Assembly (NCBI RefSeq): GCF_026210795.1
Contig: NC_089432.1
Coordinates: 496,001-560,000, forward strand
Source: Rhizophagus irregularis
Taxonomy: Eukaryota
DNA: 64,000 nucleotides
Direction: 5' to 3'
Shown: positions 26,989-38,079 of the stretch, in pieces
How the letters are laid out: each line of letters starts with the position of its first letter
How positions within the stretch are numbered: position 1 is the stretch's first letter
Translations under genes and position numbers: made by a program
Notes under the pieces: model-generated
Database searches by the model: none
The model's input: only the letters and a program-made list of their open reading frames with translations
What the model was told of the DNA's origin: nothing

Positions 26989-28917
26989 CAAACCGATCAC
27001 ACTTTATTGAATAGAAAATAAAAATTTACATGGTTATGTAAGTTAACAAATGCAAATACAAAAGTAAACAGCGAGTAACCTACAACAGCTAATCTAAAAA
27101 TAACGAATATTTAAAGACCTACTGGCTTAAAAAATGGGATAAAGAATATGACCATAAAAAGGGGAAGGGGAAAAAAAAAACAAAAACAAAAAATAAATCA
27201 ACCCTAAAGGGCGAACAAACAGAAAATAAATGGATAAAATAACGAGGAATAAAAAATTATTTTAAATAAAAATAAATTGGCACCTTTGAACCACTATTTT
27301 ACCCTCAATTCTAAAACCTAAATTATTAATTTACGCAAAACATCTATAACTTCCGCTAAGACCTTCGATCTCGATGATTTACGGGACTTGTCTTTCTTTT
27401 GCTTCTTTGGCTTTTCAGACTTCGTCTCTTCTGGTTTCTTCTTCAAATTCTTTGAATTTCGTTGATGTTTGTTAGTCAATTGACTTCTTGAAGTTCCTTG
27501 GTTCTTGTTGGCATTACTACCATGCGACCTTGTTTGTTGCATCGGAGGTTCGTATCGGTTCCAAGATAGGTACTGATGATCCCAAACGAATTGATTATCT
27601 AATGCGTTCCGCATATCAACCCACTTTTCGAAATAACCAATAAGTTTACGTTCACCCCGAGCTGTTTGAATAATTTTAAAACTTTTCAACCCTCGAACCG
27701 AAGAAAGAAAAGTATGTGGGAGACGGTCGACCCATAAGGCTGCATACGTCATAGAATCTGGAATTTTTCTAATCGTAGCTTGGAATTTCTCACGTTGTTT
27801 TCGTTCTTTGAGAGTCCACCTTGCTGGAAACCATCTTACCGGTATCCCCCCTAAATCTGTTGTCCACACAGGATTATCATTAACTTCAAATTGGGCAAGA
27901 CGAAAGGTACTTAACTCTATCTTCAAACGAACAGTCTGATATTTTCTTTGTTGTTTCATCTGAATATCGATAGGCTTTCCCCACAGCGTTAACTGTTGCA
28001 GAATATATTCTGCCGTCCAGGATACTGGGACGTCGTAAACCAGAATATCTCTAACTCTTGATGTATCATCATCAGCTGGCTTATGACCTGTAATAACTTT
28101 TTCGATAAGGTGTTTATTCAACTTCTTATTTTTATTTGAAGACTTTGTTGAATCGGTAATACTTTTCTCCGGTATTTGTATAGGCTGCGACTGAGGCTTA
28201 TTAGGTACCGATTGTAAGACCGTATTTGATGACTCATTTGTATTAATCGGATGATCAACATCCATTTTTGATCCAGAGGCTGTCGCGATTGGCCGATTTA
28301 TATTAGAATCTCGATCATCGGAAGAAAAATTTAAATGAGCGAACTCTTCATTTGCCTTATCAAGAAAATCATCTAATTCATCTGAATCTACGTCAGAATT
28401 AATTATGGAACGGTGTTTGGATTTATTTGACTTTTTCTTTTTTTTGTCGATTTTTTTGGACTTTTTGCTAGATGTCTCCCTATATTTAGTCACGTGATCT
28501 ACAATAGTTTCTAATTCTTTCCTTCGTGCTTGGAAACCATCCACCGCAGAGGATATTGCTATATGTAGAAAAAATGTGAAACTTTCAGTTGACATGTTGT
28601 AGCGTGAAGCCCTTTCTTTCCAACTATTAATATCTTCATCTGAAAGGCCAAAATTAGAGCGCAGTATATTACGCTGAACTTCTGTGTCATGACCTGAAAA
28701 AAATGAAGAAGCTAGACTTTCACAAAATTTTATAAAATGGTGATATGTTAGTAATAAAAAATTATATTCGTCGCCGGACCCATAAGGAAATTTATGTTCG
28801 GCTATAGGATATTTTCTACTATCTTCCATATTAATAAAAAACTGAGTAAAAATATTATTTTTACTGCGGAATTGTTATGTTTTTAATAATTTGGGGAAGA
28901 AGTCACCTATATAATTC
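26944..28917 (-). mobile_element. ORF1-only (HAL1-like) non-autonomous non-LTR retrotransposon, apparently full length
   Basis: 17-bp TSD ACATGTACATGTACAGT (26927-26943 and 28918-28934); ~42-nt poly-A (T-run 26944-26985) with AATAAA ~16 nt upstream; one intron-less ORF. Confidence 0.88.
27318..28829 (-). CDS. LINE ORF1-like protein, two RRM-like domains and a basic tail (503 aa)
   Basis: RDILVYDVP..WGKPIDI..KYQTV..VRWFP..ERKQREKF aligns by eye with RTIQVIDIP..LGEIEKI..LYQVA..VRVLP..ECEKRKQF of the neighbouring LINE ORF1. Confidence 0.8.
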   Translation of the reverse strand: MEDSRKYPIAEHKFPYGSGDEYNFLLLTYHHFIKFCESLASSFFSGHDTEVQRNILRSNFGLSDEDINSWKERASRYNMSTESFTFFLHIAISSAVDGFQARRKELETIVDHVTKYRETSSKKSKKIDKKKKKSNKSKHRSIINSDVDSDELDDFLDKANEEFAHLNFSSDDRDSNINRPIATASGSKMDVDHPINTNESSNTVLQSVPNKPQSQPIQIPEKSITDSTKSSNKNKKLNKHLIEKVITGHKPADDDTSRVRDILVYDVPVSWTAEYILQQLTLWGKPIDIQMKQQRKYQTVRLKIELSTFRLAQFEVNDNPVWTTDLGGIPVRWFPARWTLKERKQREKFQATIRKIPDSMTYAALWVDRLPHTFLSSVRGLKSFKIIQTARGERKLIGYFEKWVDMRNALDNQFVWDHQYLSWNRYEPPMQQTRSHGSNANKNQGTSRSQLTNKHQRNSKNLKKKPEETKSEKPKKQKKDKSRKSSRSKVLAEVIDVLRKLII

Positions 28918-29304
28918 ACATGTACATGTACAGTACTGTACTAATATTTAAGATTAAACTGAGAGTTTTTTACGAAAAAGGCAATTTTTTTTGTATCCAT
29001 GGCAACTATGCATGTGGATGATTTTCAAAAACGGAATAGAAAATTTTGGTGAAAATCTGACTGAAATGAAATGATCAACCAAAATTTTTGCCTTTTAAAG
29101 TAAAAAATCGCCTTAAAATCCTACTTGGGTGTTAAAATAAATGATCAACAAATGATCAACAAAATCGTTACTAGTTTTATAAAAAACGCCCAATAATATC
29201 TTTTTATTGTTTTAAATTTATAAAGTATCACCGAAAAAAACTCTTTCTTACAAATTGTTAAAAACGCTTAAAATCCGCAGTAAATATCTAACAATTTATA
29301 GAAA

Positions 29305-31458
29305 ATGTCTGGAAACGCTAAACGAGGTGGTAGAGGTGGTAGACAAACACGTAGCTCAAGCCGTAATTCCCAAGCAGGTGGAAGTAGGCCAACTAGTCCT
29401 GAAAACCAGTTCACCTTCAGTGCACCGAAGGAAACTGCTACTCATCAAGAGAGTATTTGGAAAACTTATCAAAAGAAGTCGCAACCAACTTCTGATAAAA
29501 AGATGACAGAAGCCATGGAAGCTGAACGTGCTATGGATATGGAAAAAAGTATTGTTCAAGATACTTATGGCCCAAACTCCAAATCTTCTTCTGGTAATGA
29601 CAAAGGGAAAGCTACTGATAAGTCCAAGGCGGTCGCAAAAGAATTGTCACGTGACCCTCCCTTACCTCCGCAGAATATTGTAAACAACGTGAATGGAACC
29701 AATAAGGTTCCGACTCTTAACAAAGAAATTCCTTCAACTCCTCATAAGGATCAACAACAATCTGTTGTTTTGCCTAATCAGGATAAGATTAATCTGCAAG
29801 CCGATCAAGAGTCCCAGCCCATGGATGTTAATCCTAGTAATTCAAATAAAGACCCATCGATCATTACTATTGAAAAGGTTAAGGAGCACATTGCAATCGT
29901 CCCTTATGGTGAACTTCTTGGGGGAAAAACTACTAAACTTACTAAAATTAAAAAGGCTTTGAAGACGTATAATATTCAATACAACACACAATTACCTATC
30001 GTTCAAATTGGTAAACAAGGGGCAAAGGTATCATTTTTGGATAAAGAAAAATTTGACCAATTTCTTAAAATGGAAATTGTTATTCAGGAGCAAAAAGAAG
30101 GTGATTCGGGTGTAGTGTTTAATGTGAAACTTCAACCTACCCCATTGAAGTCTGAGAAGGTGCCTACTACAAATGATAAGAATAGTGATATGTCACAAAA
30201 TTCCAATAGTCGTACAATTCAAGTAATCGACATTCCTGCGTATAGGCAGGTACGCGAAATTCGTGAGTCCTTTGAAGATCTTGGTGAAATTGAGAAAATT
30301 TATACACGAGGTGCTGGTCTTTACCAAGTTGCTTTCATTACGTATAAAGATGCGAATTCTATTGATTATTTCAATGAACAATGGAGCTATCATATTAATA
30401 AAGACATAGTTAGAGTTTTACCCCTGTTATTGAGCAAGGAGGAATGCGAGAAAAGGAAGCAATTCTCGTTAAGATTATCAGGTTTACATTATCAAACTAG
30501 TGGTTATGATCTTAAGGAAGTTATGACACAATGTAAAGGGAAAACTTGTTTCATCCCAGCTGTTATGATTCGTGGTAAATATCAAAGGTGTCGATATGCT
30601 TACATTCATTTTTCTTCACAAGATGATTTGGTGGCAGCCAGACAAATGAAAATTGAATTCAAAAAGGGTAACGCAGGTACTCGACAATTATACTGGAGTA
30701 AAGAGGAAGATCGCATTTGTAATATTTGCGGTAATCCCACTTATATGGCCAAAGACTGTACCAACAAAGATATTAACAAATCTCAATCTAAACGTTTTGT
30801 TAGTGGCGCTGATAATTGGAAAAATTTGAAAAAGTCGTATGCGGATGTGGCTAAATCTAAACAAAAGCCCAGAAATAGTTCTAAATCTAATAATAATATT
30901 CCATCTGGATCATGTGATCTAGGAAAAGCTCGCAGCAATCATGATAATGATGATGACGATAGTGAAGATTTCAATAATCATCTGATGTTTTTAAAATTCA
31001 AGGAACAAATTATTAGCACTATAAGAAAGGTGGAAGACAAAATGCTTAAAATGGAATCACTCATTGGTGACACTGGCAAGCAAATTAGTGAAGTTGTTAC
31101 TGCACAACAAGCGCTTAAATGTGATAAAGCGCATCCGGTCCCAACTAGTACGAAAAAGAAAAATCAACAATCTGTTTCTGGTGCAGAAGTTAAAGCAGCG
31201 AAAAAACGCTGTAAAAGTGACTCTGAATCAAGTGAAGATGAAGATGAACTAGCAAATAAATCCGTTCTTCAATCACAACAATTTCAGAAATCTGATCAAA
31301 ATATCCAAAGCATTGTTGCACAACAAAAACAAATACAAGAAAACCACAAGGAAACTAAATCCTTACTTTTATCACTTTACAACATGTTAGCTGGCGGCCC
31401 TTCAGCTTCATCATTATTGGGGGATAATGATGAAGTTTTTGATGATTCTGTCATATAA
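29305..31458 (+). CDS. LINE ORF1 (gag-like; RRM-like domains and a degenerate zinc knuckle)
   Basis: 717-aa ORF directly upstream of ORF2; CNICGNPTYMAKDC is CX2CX4(H>Y)X4C; RGG-rich N-terminus. Confidence 0.9.
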   Translation: MSGNAKRGGRGGRQTRSSSRNSQAGGSRPTSPENQFTFSAPKETATHQESIWKTYQKKSQPTSDKKMTEAMEAERAMDMEKSIVQDTYGPNSKSSSGNDKGKATDKSKAVAKELSRDPPLPPQNIVNNVNGTNKVPTLNKEIPSTPHKDQQQSVVLPNQDKINLQADQESQPMDVNPSNSNKDPSIITIEKVKEHIAIVPYGELLGGKTTKLTKIKKALKTYNIQYNTQLPIVQIGKQGAKVSFLDKEKFDQFLKMEIVIQEQKEGDSGVVFNVKLQPTPLKSEKVPTTNDKNSDMSQNSNSRTIQVIDIPAYRQVREIRESFEDLGEIEKIYTRGAGLYQVAFITYKDANSIDYFNEQWSYHINKDIVRVLPLLLSKEECEKRKQFSLRLSGLHYQTSGYDLKEVMTQCKGKTCFIPAVMIRGKYQRCRYAYIHFSSQDDLVAARQMKIEFKKGNAGTRQLYWSKEEDRICNICGNPTYMAKDCTNKDINKSQSKRFVSGADNWKNLKKSYADVAKSKQKPRNSSKSNNNIPSGSCDLGKARSNHDNDDDDSEDFNNHLMFLKFKEQIISTIRKVEDKMLKMESLIGDTGKQISEVVTAQQALKCDKAHPVPTSTKKKNQQSVSGAEVKAAKKRCKSDSESSEDEDELANKSVLQSQQFQKSDQNIQSIVAQQKQIQENHKETKSLLLSLYNMLAGGPSASSLLGDNDEVFDDSVI

Positions 31459-31467
31459 TTATTTTTA

Positions 31468-34400
31468 ATGATGAACAATAATATAATATCTCCCTCTAGT
31501 TCGACTTCTCAACAACAAAAAAATTTCCCCCAAATAGAAAATAACAATCCATTAATTACTAAAAATTTTTTAAAAAATTCTTCAATAACAAAAATAGCTA
31601 CTACGAATATTCGTACCCTTAGTAAAGACAAATTAATTTTCACGTTAGATGCGATGAAAAACAATGATATTGACATATATGGATTAGCCGAGACTAATCT
31701 TTCTTATAGACAATCGAAAATATGGCAACAACAATTTGGTTTCCATGGTTATTTTGATTATTCACAACAAGGGGGTAAAGGTCAAGGTGTAGGAATTATC
31801 GTTAGCAATAAATACGATATTTTTGTTCATAAAGCGGTTGGTCATAAAGGCCGTGTTATATATCTAGACTTAAATTTTAGTCAAAAGAAAAATGTTAGGT
31901 TAATTCAGGTGTACATTAACGCTAATAAAAAAGAAAGACCACAAATTGAGGAGCTATATCAATATATCGAAAATACTATCGATGATGCGAAAAACAAGAA
32001 TATGGAAATAATCATTATGGGTGATTTCAATATTAATTATAGAAAATATTTGATGGCATTTGTTAATAATAGATGGTATTTCAAATTGTTCAAAATGCTA
32101 GAAAACAGACACCTCTTAGATACAATTCCAATATTTAACGAAGATGACGAAAATATATATACTTATATTCCGCCTAATGATTCTAATGAAAAATCAAGAA
32201 TAGATTATATTTGGGCTTCATTACCAATACTTGGCCAAAGTTTGAATAGTACTGTAATAGAAAATGATCATTTTACAACTGATCATAATACTGTCACTTT
32301 ATCGCTTGATACACAATTATTTATAGGAAAAACATTACCTAAGATTAACAAAAGTAAAAAGAAAATAACTCGTACTGTGTTTTTATATGATGAAATGGAT
32401 CAGGAAGATGATGAATTTACATGGGATAATTTCCGTGCTGGTTTGGATCATGAAATCGAAAGACTCAAACTAAAGGATCGATCGATCATGAAAAGAAAAC
32501 ATGTTGATCATGTGTGGGATTCTCTTAGACAACTTATCATGAAATCTGCTAATGAAAATATAAAAAACAAAAAAGTTATAAAACAGAAAATCAAATGTGC
32601 TCCTGAGAAAAAGTTGTCCGTTTACTTTGACTTAAGATATATTATTAATCGTATTCAAGAAATCCGCTCATGTATCACAGGATTAAGAAACTATCCAAAT
32701 CAGGAAACGATCGACAAATGGATTAATTATCAAAACACGATAATTAAACTAAAAGACAAGTACGAGTTAGTTACTTCTGATACTAGTTTTAATTTCTTAA
32801 ATAATGATCAGTTCCATAGTTATCTTGACGAACTTAATGAAATTAGAAAACAATTGAGAATTATTTTTAAACTTGAACTTAACATTATGGAACAAGAACA
32901 AATTATCTCTAACATCAAAAAGCGATGTGATAATTATAAAGATGATCAAGGGAGAATGATTCAATCTATTACAGAAAAAGAAATGGTTTCTATTTCAATT
33001 GAAAAAATTTATAAGAAAGATCATAATGGTAATGAAGTTTTAATTACAGATGAGAATCAGGTGATGGAAGAAACAAATCGTCATTTTCAAACAGTAGCGG
33101 GCTCTGTTAATAGAAAGAAACCAATACAAGGCAGATGGAAAGAACAATATAAACCACAGCCTCATATTAATGAAAATATATATTCTAGTATTATGGATGC
33201 TCCATCTTATGATGAATGGTTAGATATTATTCGACAACTATCTAATGGAAAAGCGACAGGACCTTCAGGCGTGTCGAATGAAATGTTGAAACATCTAAGT
33301 GATGATTGTAATCATATTTTATATTATTTAATTTGTAAGATTATAGAATTGGGATATTTACCAAAACAATGGAAAGAAGCGACGGTCTTTCCTATTGCTA
33401 AACCTAAACCCTTTAATTGTGAATTATCAAACTCTCGCCCTATTACTCTTTTAGAAACCACTCGAAAAGCACTCATTTCTTTGCTAAATCGTCGTTTAGC
33501 AATTATTTTGAAAGATAATAACGTATTAAAGGCAAACCAATTCACGGGTCTGCCTAAACAATCAACATTTGAACCGATAAGGATTATGAACGAAGTTATT
33601 CAAGATTCAATCGATAATAATAATGAATTATGGATACTCTCTCAGGATATGGGAAAGGCCTATGATCGTGTGAACATCTTTCAACTCAAAAAAGCGATGG
33701 ATAGAATTAAAATTCCTAACGATTTTTCATCCCTCATTTTAGAACTTTTTAAAGATAGAAAAAATCAAGTAATCACTGCGTATGGAAAAACTACACCTTA
33801 TGATGTTCTTACATGAATCGATCAAGGAGAAGTTATTTCACCGTTGCTTTGGTGTATTTATTACGATCCTCTTTTAGCAGAAATTGATAAACAACAATTG
33901 GGATATAATATTTCTTGTATATCAAAATCAGTTGTTCAAGAAGAAGGTGTTCTTAATCAACAAAATGTTTCCATTATGGCGTATATGGATGATACTCAAT
34001 GGATTACTGATGAAAAATCAAAATTGGAAAAAATGTTATACATCGCTGATACATTTTATCGTCTTAACGATATTCAAATTAACAAAGAAAAGTCTGAGCT
34101 TATGATGCGGTCTACAACTGAGAAGCGTAAATATTCTCATAATTACAATGATAAAATTTCAATCAAGTTTGGTCGTAAAGAAATTAATATTAAAGCCAAA
34201 CATCCACACGAACCTATGCGTATCCTGGGAGTATATTTCAATATTGAACATGATGGCAATTATTTGATGTTCAAGATTAAAAATGAAATAGACCATTTAG
34301 TTAATCTTATGTATAAAAAGAAGATTACTGATAAACATATTTTATATATATTTAATAGAATTATCGTCCCTCGAGTTGAATACTGGTCACAAGTTATGGC

Positions 34401-36927
34401 TTTATCAAAAACACAAACAGAATCTTTAATTATTCCTTTTAGAAGGATGTTTAAAAACAAACTAAAATTCGCTCGTTCAGCGCCTAACGCTATACTCGAT
34501 AATCCTTATATATATGGATATAGAGATTTTTACGACAATCAACTTCAAGCCAAAATTACGGATTTTTGTATTCAACTTAACGACAATGGTCTCTTAGGAA
34601 AAGTTACTGAAATTCGTTTAAAATCCTTACAGGATCAATTATGGACATCGCGCCCATTAATAGAAAAACTTCCTTATAATCGTGTTTCGCACACACGAAA
34701 AAATAATTATATTCTTAATATGCTTTTATTATGCTATGATAATAATATTTCGTTAGAATATTTAGATGATAATATTTTTCCATCAATTAAAGGAGGTAAA
34801 ATTCCTTTGGAAGACGTGGTAGATAATGCATATTATTCTAAACATAGGAAGAGACTTCGTGAAAAGAATATCTTATTTTTAGATCAAATTATTTCAGGTG
34901 ATAAATTTCATTTATTGTTATGGAAAGAAATACTTATTAAGGCTTATATTCCTATTTTTTCACAACGGAAAGAAACTAAATGGTATTCAGATATTAGAAA
35001 TTTAATTACTTCAGATGGTGTTCATTTGAATCATAATATAACACAATTATTTGGCGCTCGTGTTGATAATGTGGAAGAGACTCGATCATATGATATTACT
35101 AAAAAAAATAGATCTTTAGTTGCATGTTATAATTCACAATTTAACTCTGTAGTCATTGGAAAGATTCAAGGAATAGATGAAACAAAACGACCTGTTATTA
35201 AACATTTTCATATTGATATGTCTCGATGTACCGATACACATACTTATATATATCAATGTATGGAATATGGATGTGCTGCTAATGCATCATTATCAACTCG
35301 ATCACCTTGTACGTTTTCTGCTGACTGGGAATGTTTAGTACCATTATTAACAGATTCTCAATTTGCGCCTAGTCAACTTACAAACTTAATAGAATTTAAT
35401 ATTTTTGACATTTTTGATTTTGCAAAAAAGAAATATGATATTATAAATCAAGCGTTAACGCAAAATCACGTGATTTCTCCTTCTTCACAATTACAAGATA
35501 ATATAATTTTAGATTTATTAGATTCTTCAACTTCAAGAAATGACTTGTTAACTATACAACGAACATTAGCTCCTTTTGACAATAACAATTATTATATTTT
35601 TGAATTTTACACTGATGGATCTTTAATCGAATTAGGTACTGAGCAATGTAGTATCAGTTGCGCCTTCGCTCAGATTAGTGATTTGTTTGATATACCTCAT
35701 GTCGAATTTTATTCTACTATTGATAAATGGCCTTCTGCATATAGAGGAGAATTGTTAGCTGTTCTTTTAGCATTAAGCGTTGTTCCAAAAAATAGTAAAG
35801 TTAGAATTAACACAGACTCGCTTAACGTGATTACTCAATTTGAAAAATTGAAGAAGTCAAGATTTTCTCAAACCTCACGTGAATACTTTAAGGCTAATAA
35901 TAATTTCTTATGGGCTATTTTATGTAGAATCATATTAACATTGAACTTGCATGTGGAAATGTTTAAGGTTGTTGCTCATGGTGATGATATGGGTAATAAT
36001 TATGTAGATAATTTGGCAAAAATTGCACATACTGATCAAGATCGCTATATAGTTTTACGACAGAACGCTTGTATGATGAAAGTTCTTCCTTGTTGGAATG
36101 GAATTATTATTGAAAATAAGCTGCGCTCATTTTTGAAAAATATATGCAACTACAAAGGTTTAGAAAATTTTATTAATTTGAATAGAAATTCTAAATATCG
36201 CACGCTAGAAGTCGACTGGACATCCACATTTAGTTGTTTAAATTGTGACATAAATAACAATGAAACTTCTGTTTCTTCTTCTAAAACAAAAGCTCAAAAA
36301 GTTCACTTGTTAATTGAAGAAATTCCTACAATTGAACAGATGAAGAAATCATTGTTTGACTTATATGATGGTTGGATGTGCCCTATATGTGGTCTACAAG
36401 ACGAAACCTTTAATCATGTCTGGACGTGTAGTGGTCATTATGATATTATTAACAACATTCGAGATAAGACTATTAATCATCTCTTAACTTGGATATTAGA
36501 ATATAATGATAATATACAAGATTTTAATGCTCTTATGGCACTTGATATATGGGATATATCTTATGATCCTAACGTGTTTACTTTTATTGACTTGATTAAA
36601 GGTATTATACCTATGTCGCTTTCAGAATTATTGAATTCCTGGACTACAAAGAAAAATGTTGTTGATGTTTTGGTTCAAATGAGACAGTTTATTTTTAATG
36701 CTATATTCGAAGAAGTTTGGATTCCAAGGTGTTCGCATTTGAAGGAATTTGAACATTCTATAGGATTAACTAAAAAGAAAAAATTAGAATTCAAAAGCGT
36801 TCATTCATTACCTAGTAATAATAGTAGTTATACTAATAATATTCATTATGATTCTTTAGATAGTGTTAGGAATTACATTTATTTTGGTAAAAATATAATA
36901 GAATTTTATACTAATCTTACTTCGTAG
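31468..36927 (+). pseudogene. LINE ORF2 (APE endonuclease - reverse transcriptase - RNase H - Cys/His finger) with one in-frame stop
   Basis: APE motifs GLAET, MGDFN, SRIDYIW, TDH; RT motifs RPITLLE, QDMGKAYD, [*]IDQGEVISPLLW, YMDD; RNase H motifs YTDGS, RGEL, NTDS, AH..GN..VD; CPICG..ETFNHVWTC. The two ORF-track pieces are in the same frame, split only by TGA at 33814-33816. Confidence 0.93.
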
Positions 36928-38079
36928 CGCCATCGTAGATTTTAGTAGTTTGATTTATATAATTTTATAGGGTCAATTTTACTTTCTTCTGCAGGGCGGG
37001 CTTCAACTTACCAAGTTTCGGCTAGTGTATGGGAGGTAGTGGGTTAATTAAAGAAATGGTTTTTAGGTGTAGTTGGTTATATCTTTAATAGTTTCGTATT
37101 TAATTGCCCCACCGTCGAAGTAGATTCTTCTGATAGTTTAGTTCATTTTTTTATTTTACTTCTTCATTTCTGATATGTTTATAAAATTTGTATTCGCTAA
37201 CTATTACTGTTCAATAAAAATAAAAATAAAAATTTATAAAGTATCACCTAATTTATTAAAAATATTATGTTAATTTAATGATACTACTCGGCACCATGAA
37301 TTTTGCCTAAATTATACAAATTTTTTGAAAATTTGAGAGGTGTAAAATTTTGATAATAAATACATTATTATAAATAATGAAAGGTTAGGCAAAAAAACCA
37401 ATTATTTTTGTTATATTTATATACTAATTTGTAGCTTAAAATTAATCAATTCAACCTATCTATTAATACAAATTTTTTTTAAAATCATGGATCGACAGTA
37501 ACTTGGGTCAAGGTATAATGGCGGCAAAATTAACAAAAATCCTAAATTTCATTTAACTTGGATACTGTTGTTAAATGTCAATTTCGCAAAATTCTGGCCA
37601 GAATTACAGACGGCCCGAATTACTGCCGATTATCGAATATTATTTTAGCGAGATAGATTTATATGATTTATTTTAATAAATGATAATCAATAGTAGATAA
37701 TAATTTAAACAAATAACTAATTTAAATGATTTAAAAATTTTTTTTAGAATTTTTTTTATCCGATATTTTAATATCCGGATAAAAACTGCGTATTTTTTTT
37801 TTCGGATATACCGCAGTTTTTATCCGTACACGATTAAAGCACTAATAACATTTAAGATCATTGAAAATTAGTCAAATGATAATGTCATTTAACATCACTA
37901 AGTCAGGGCTAACATTTCTTGCAGAGATGCGAGAAATTTCTTTTGACATTGTCAATGCATTTAGTATGAAGTATTCATTAATCACAAATTTATACTACGG
38001 TTAGAGTATAATAAAATTATGTCATAATCAAATATCACGTCACGTCAATAGGAAAATATATATAAAAATTTTATTTAAT

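Larger units (their letters stand above)
29233..37229 (+). mobile_element. Full-length LINE (non-LTR retrotransposon) with RNase H, ~8.0 kb
   Basis: 19-bp TSD AAATTTATAAAGTATCACC (29214-29232 and 37230-37248); (TAAAAA)n tail; ORF1 plus ORF2. Confidence 0.95.

Noticed and set aside
22826..27021. ORFs with (DI)n, (YM)n and poly-F
   Set aside because: Translations of microsatellites and the retroelement poly-A tail.
29255..34460. Short alternative-frame and antisense ORFs inside the LINE (and likewise inside AGO and the secreted genes)
   Set aside because: Shadow ORFs of real coding sequence, with no independent support.
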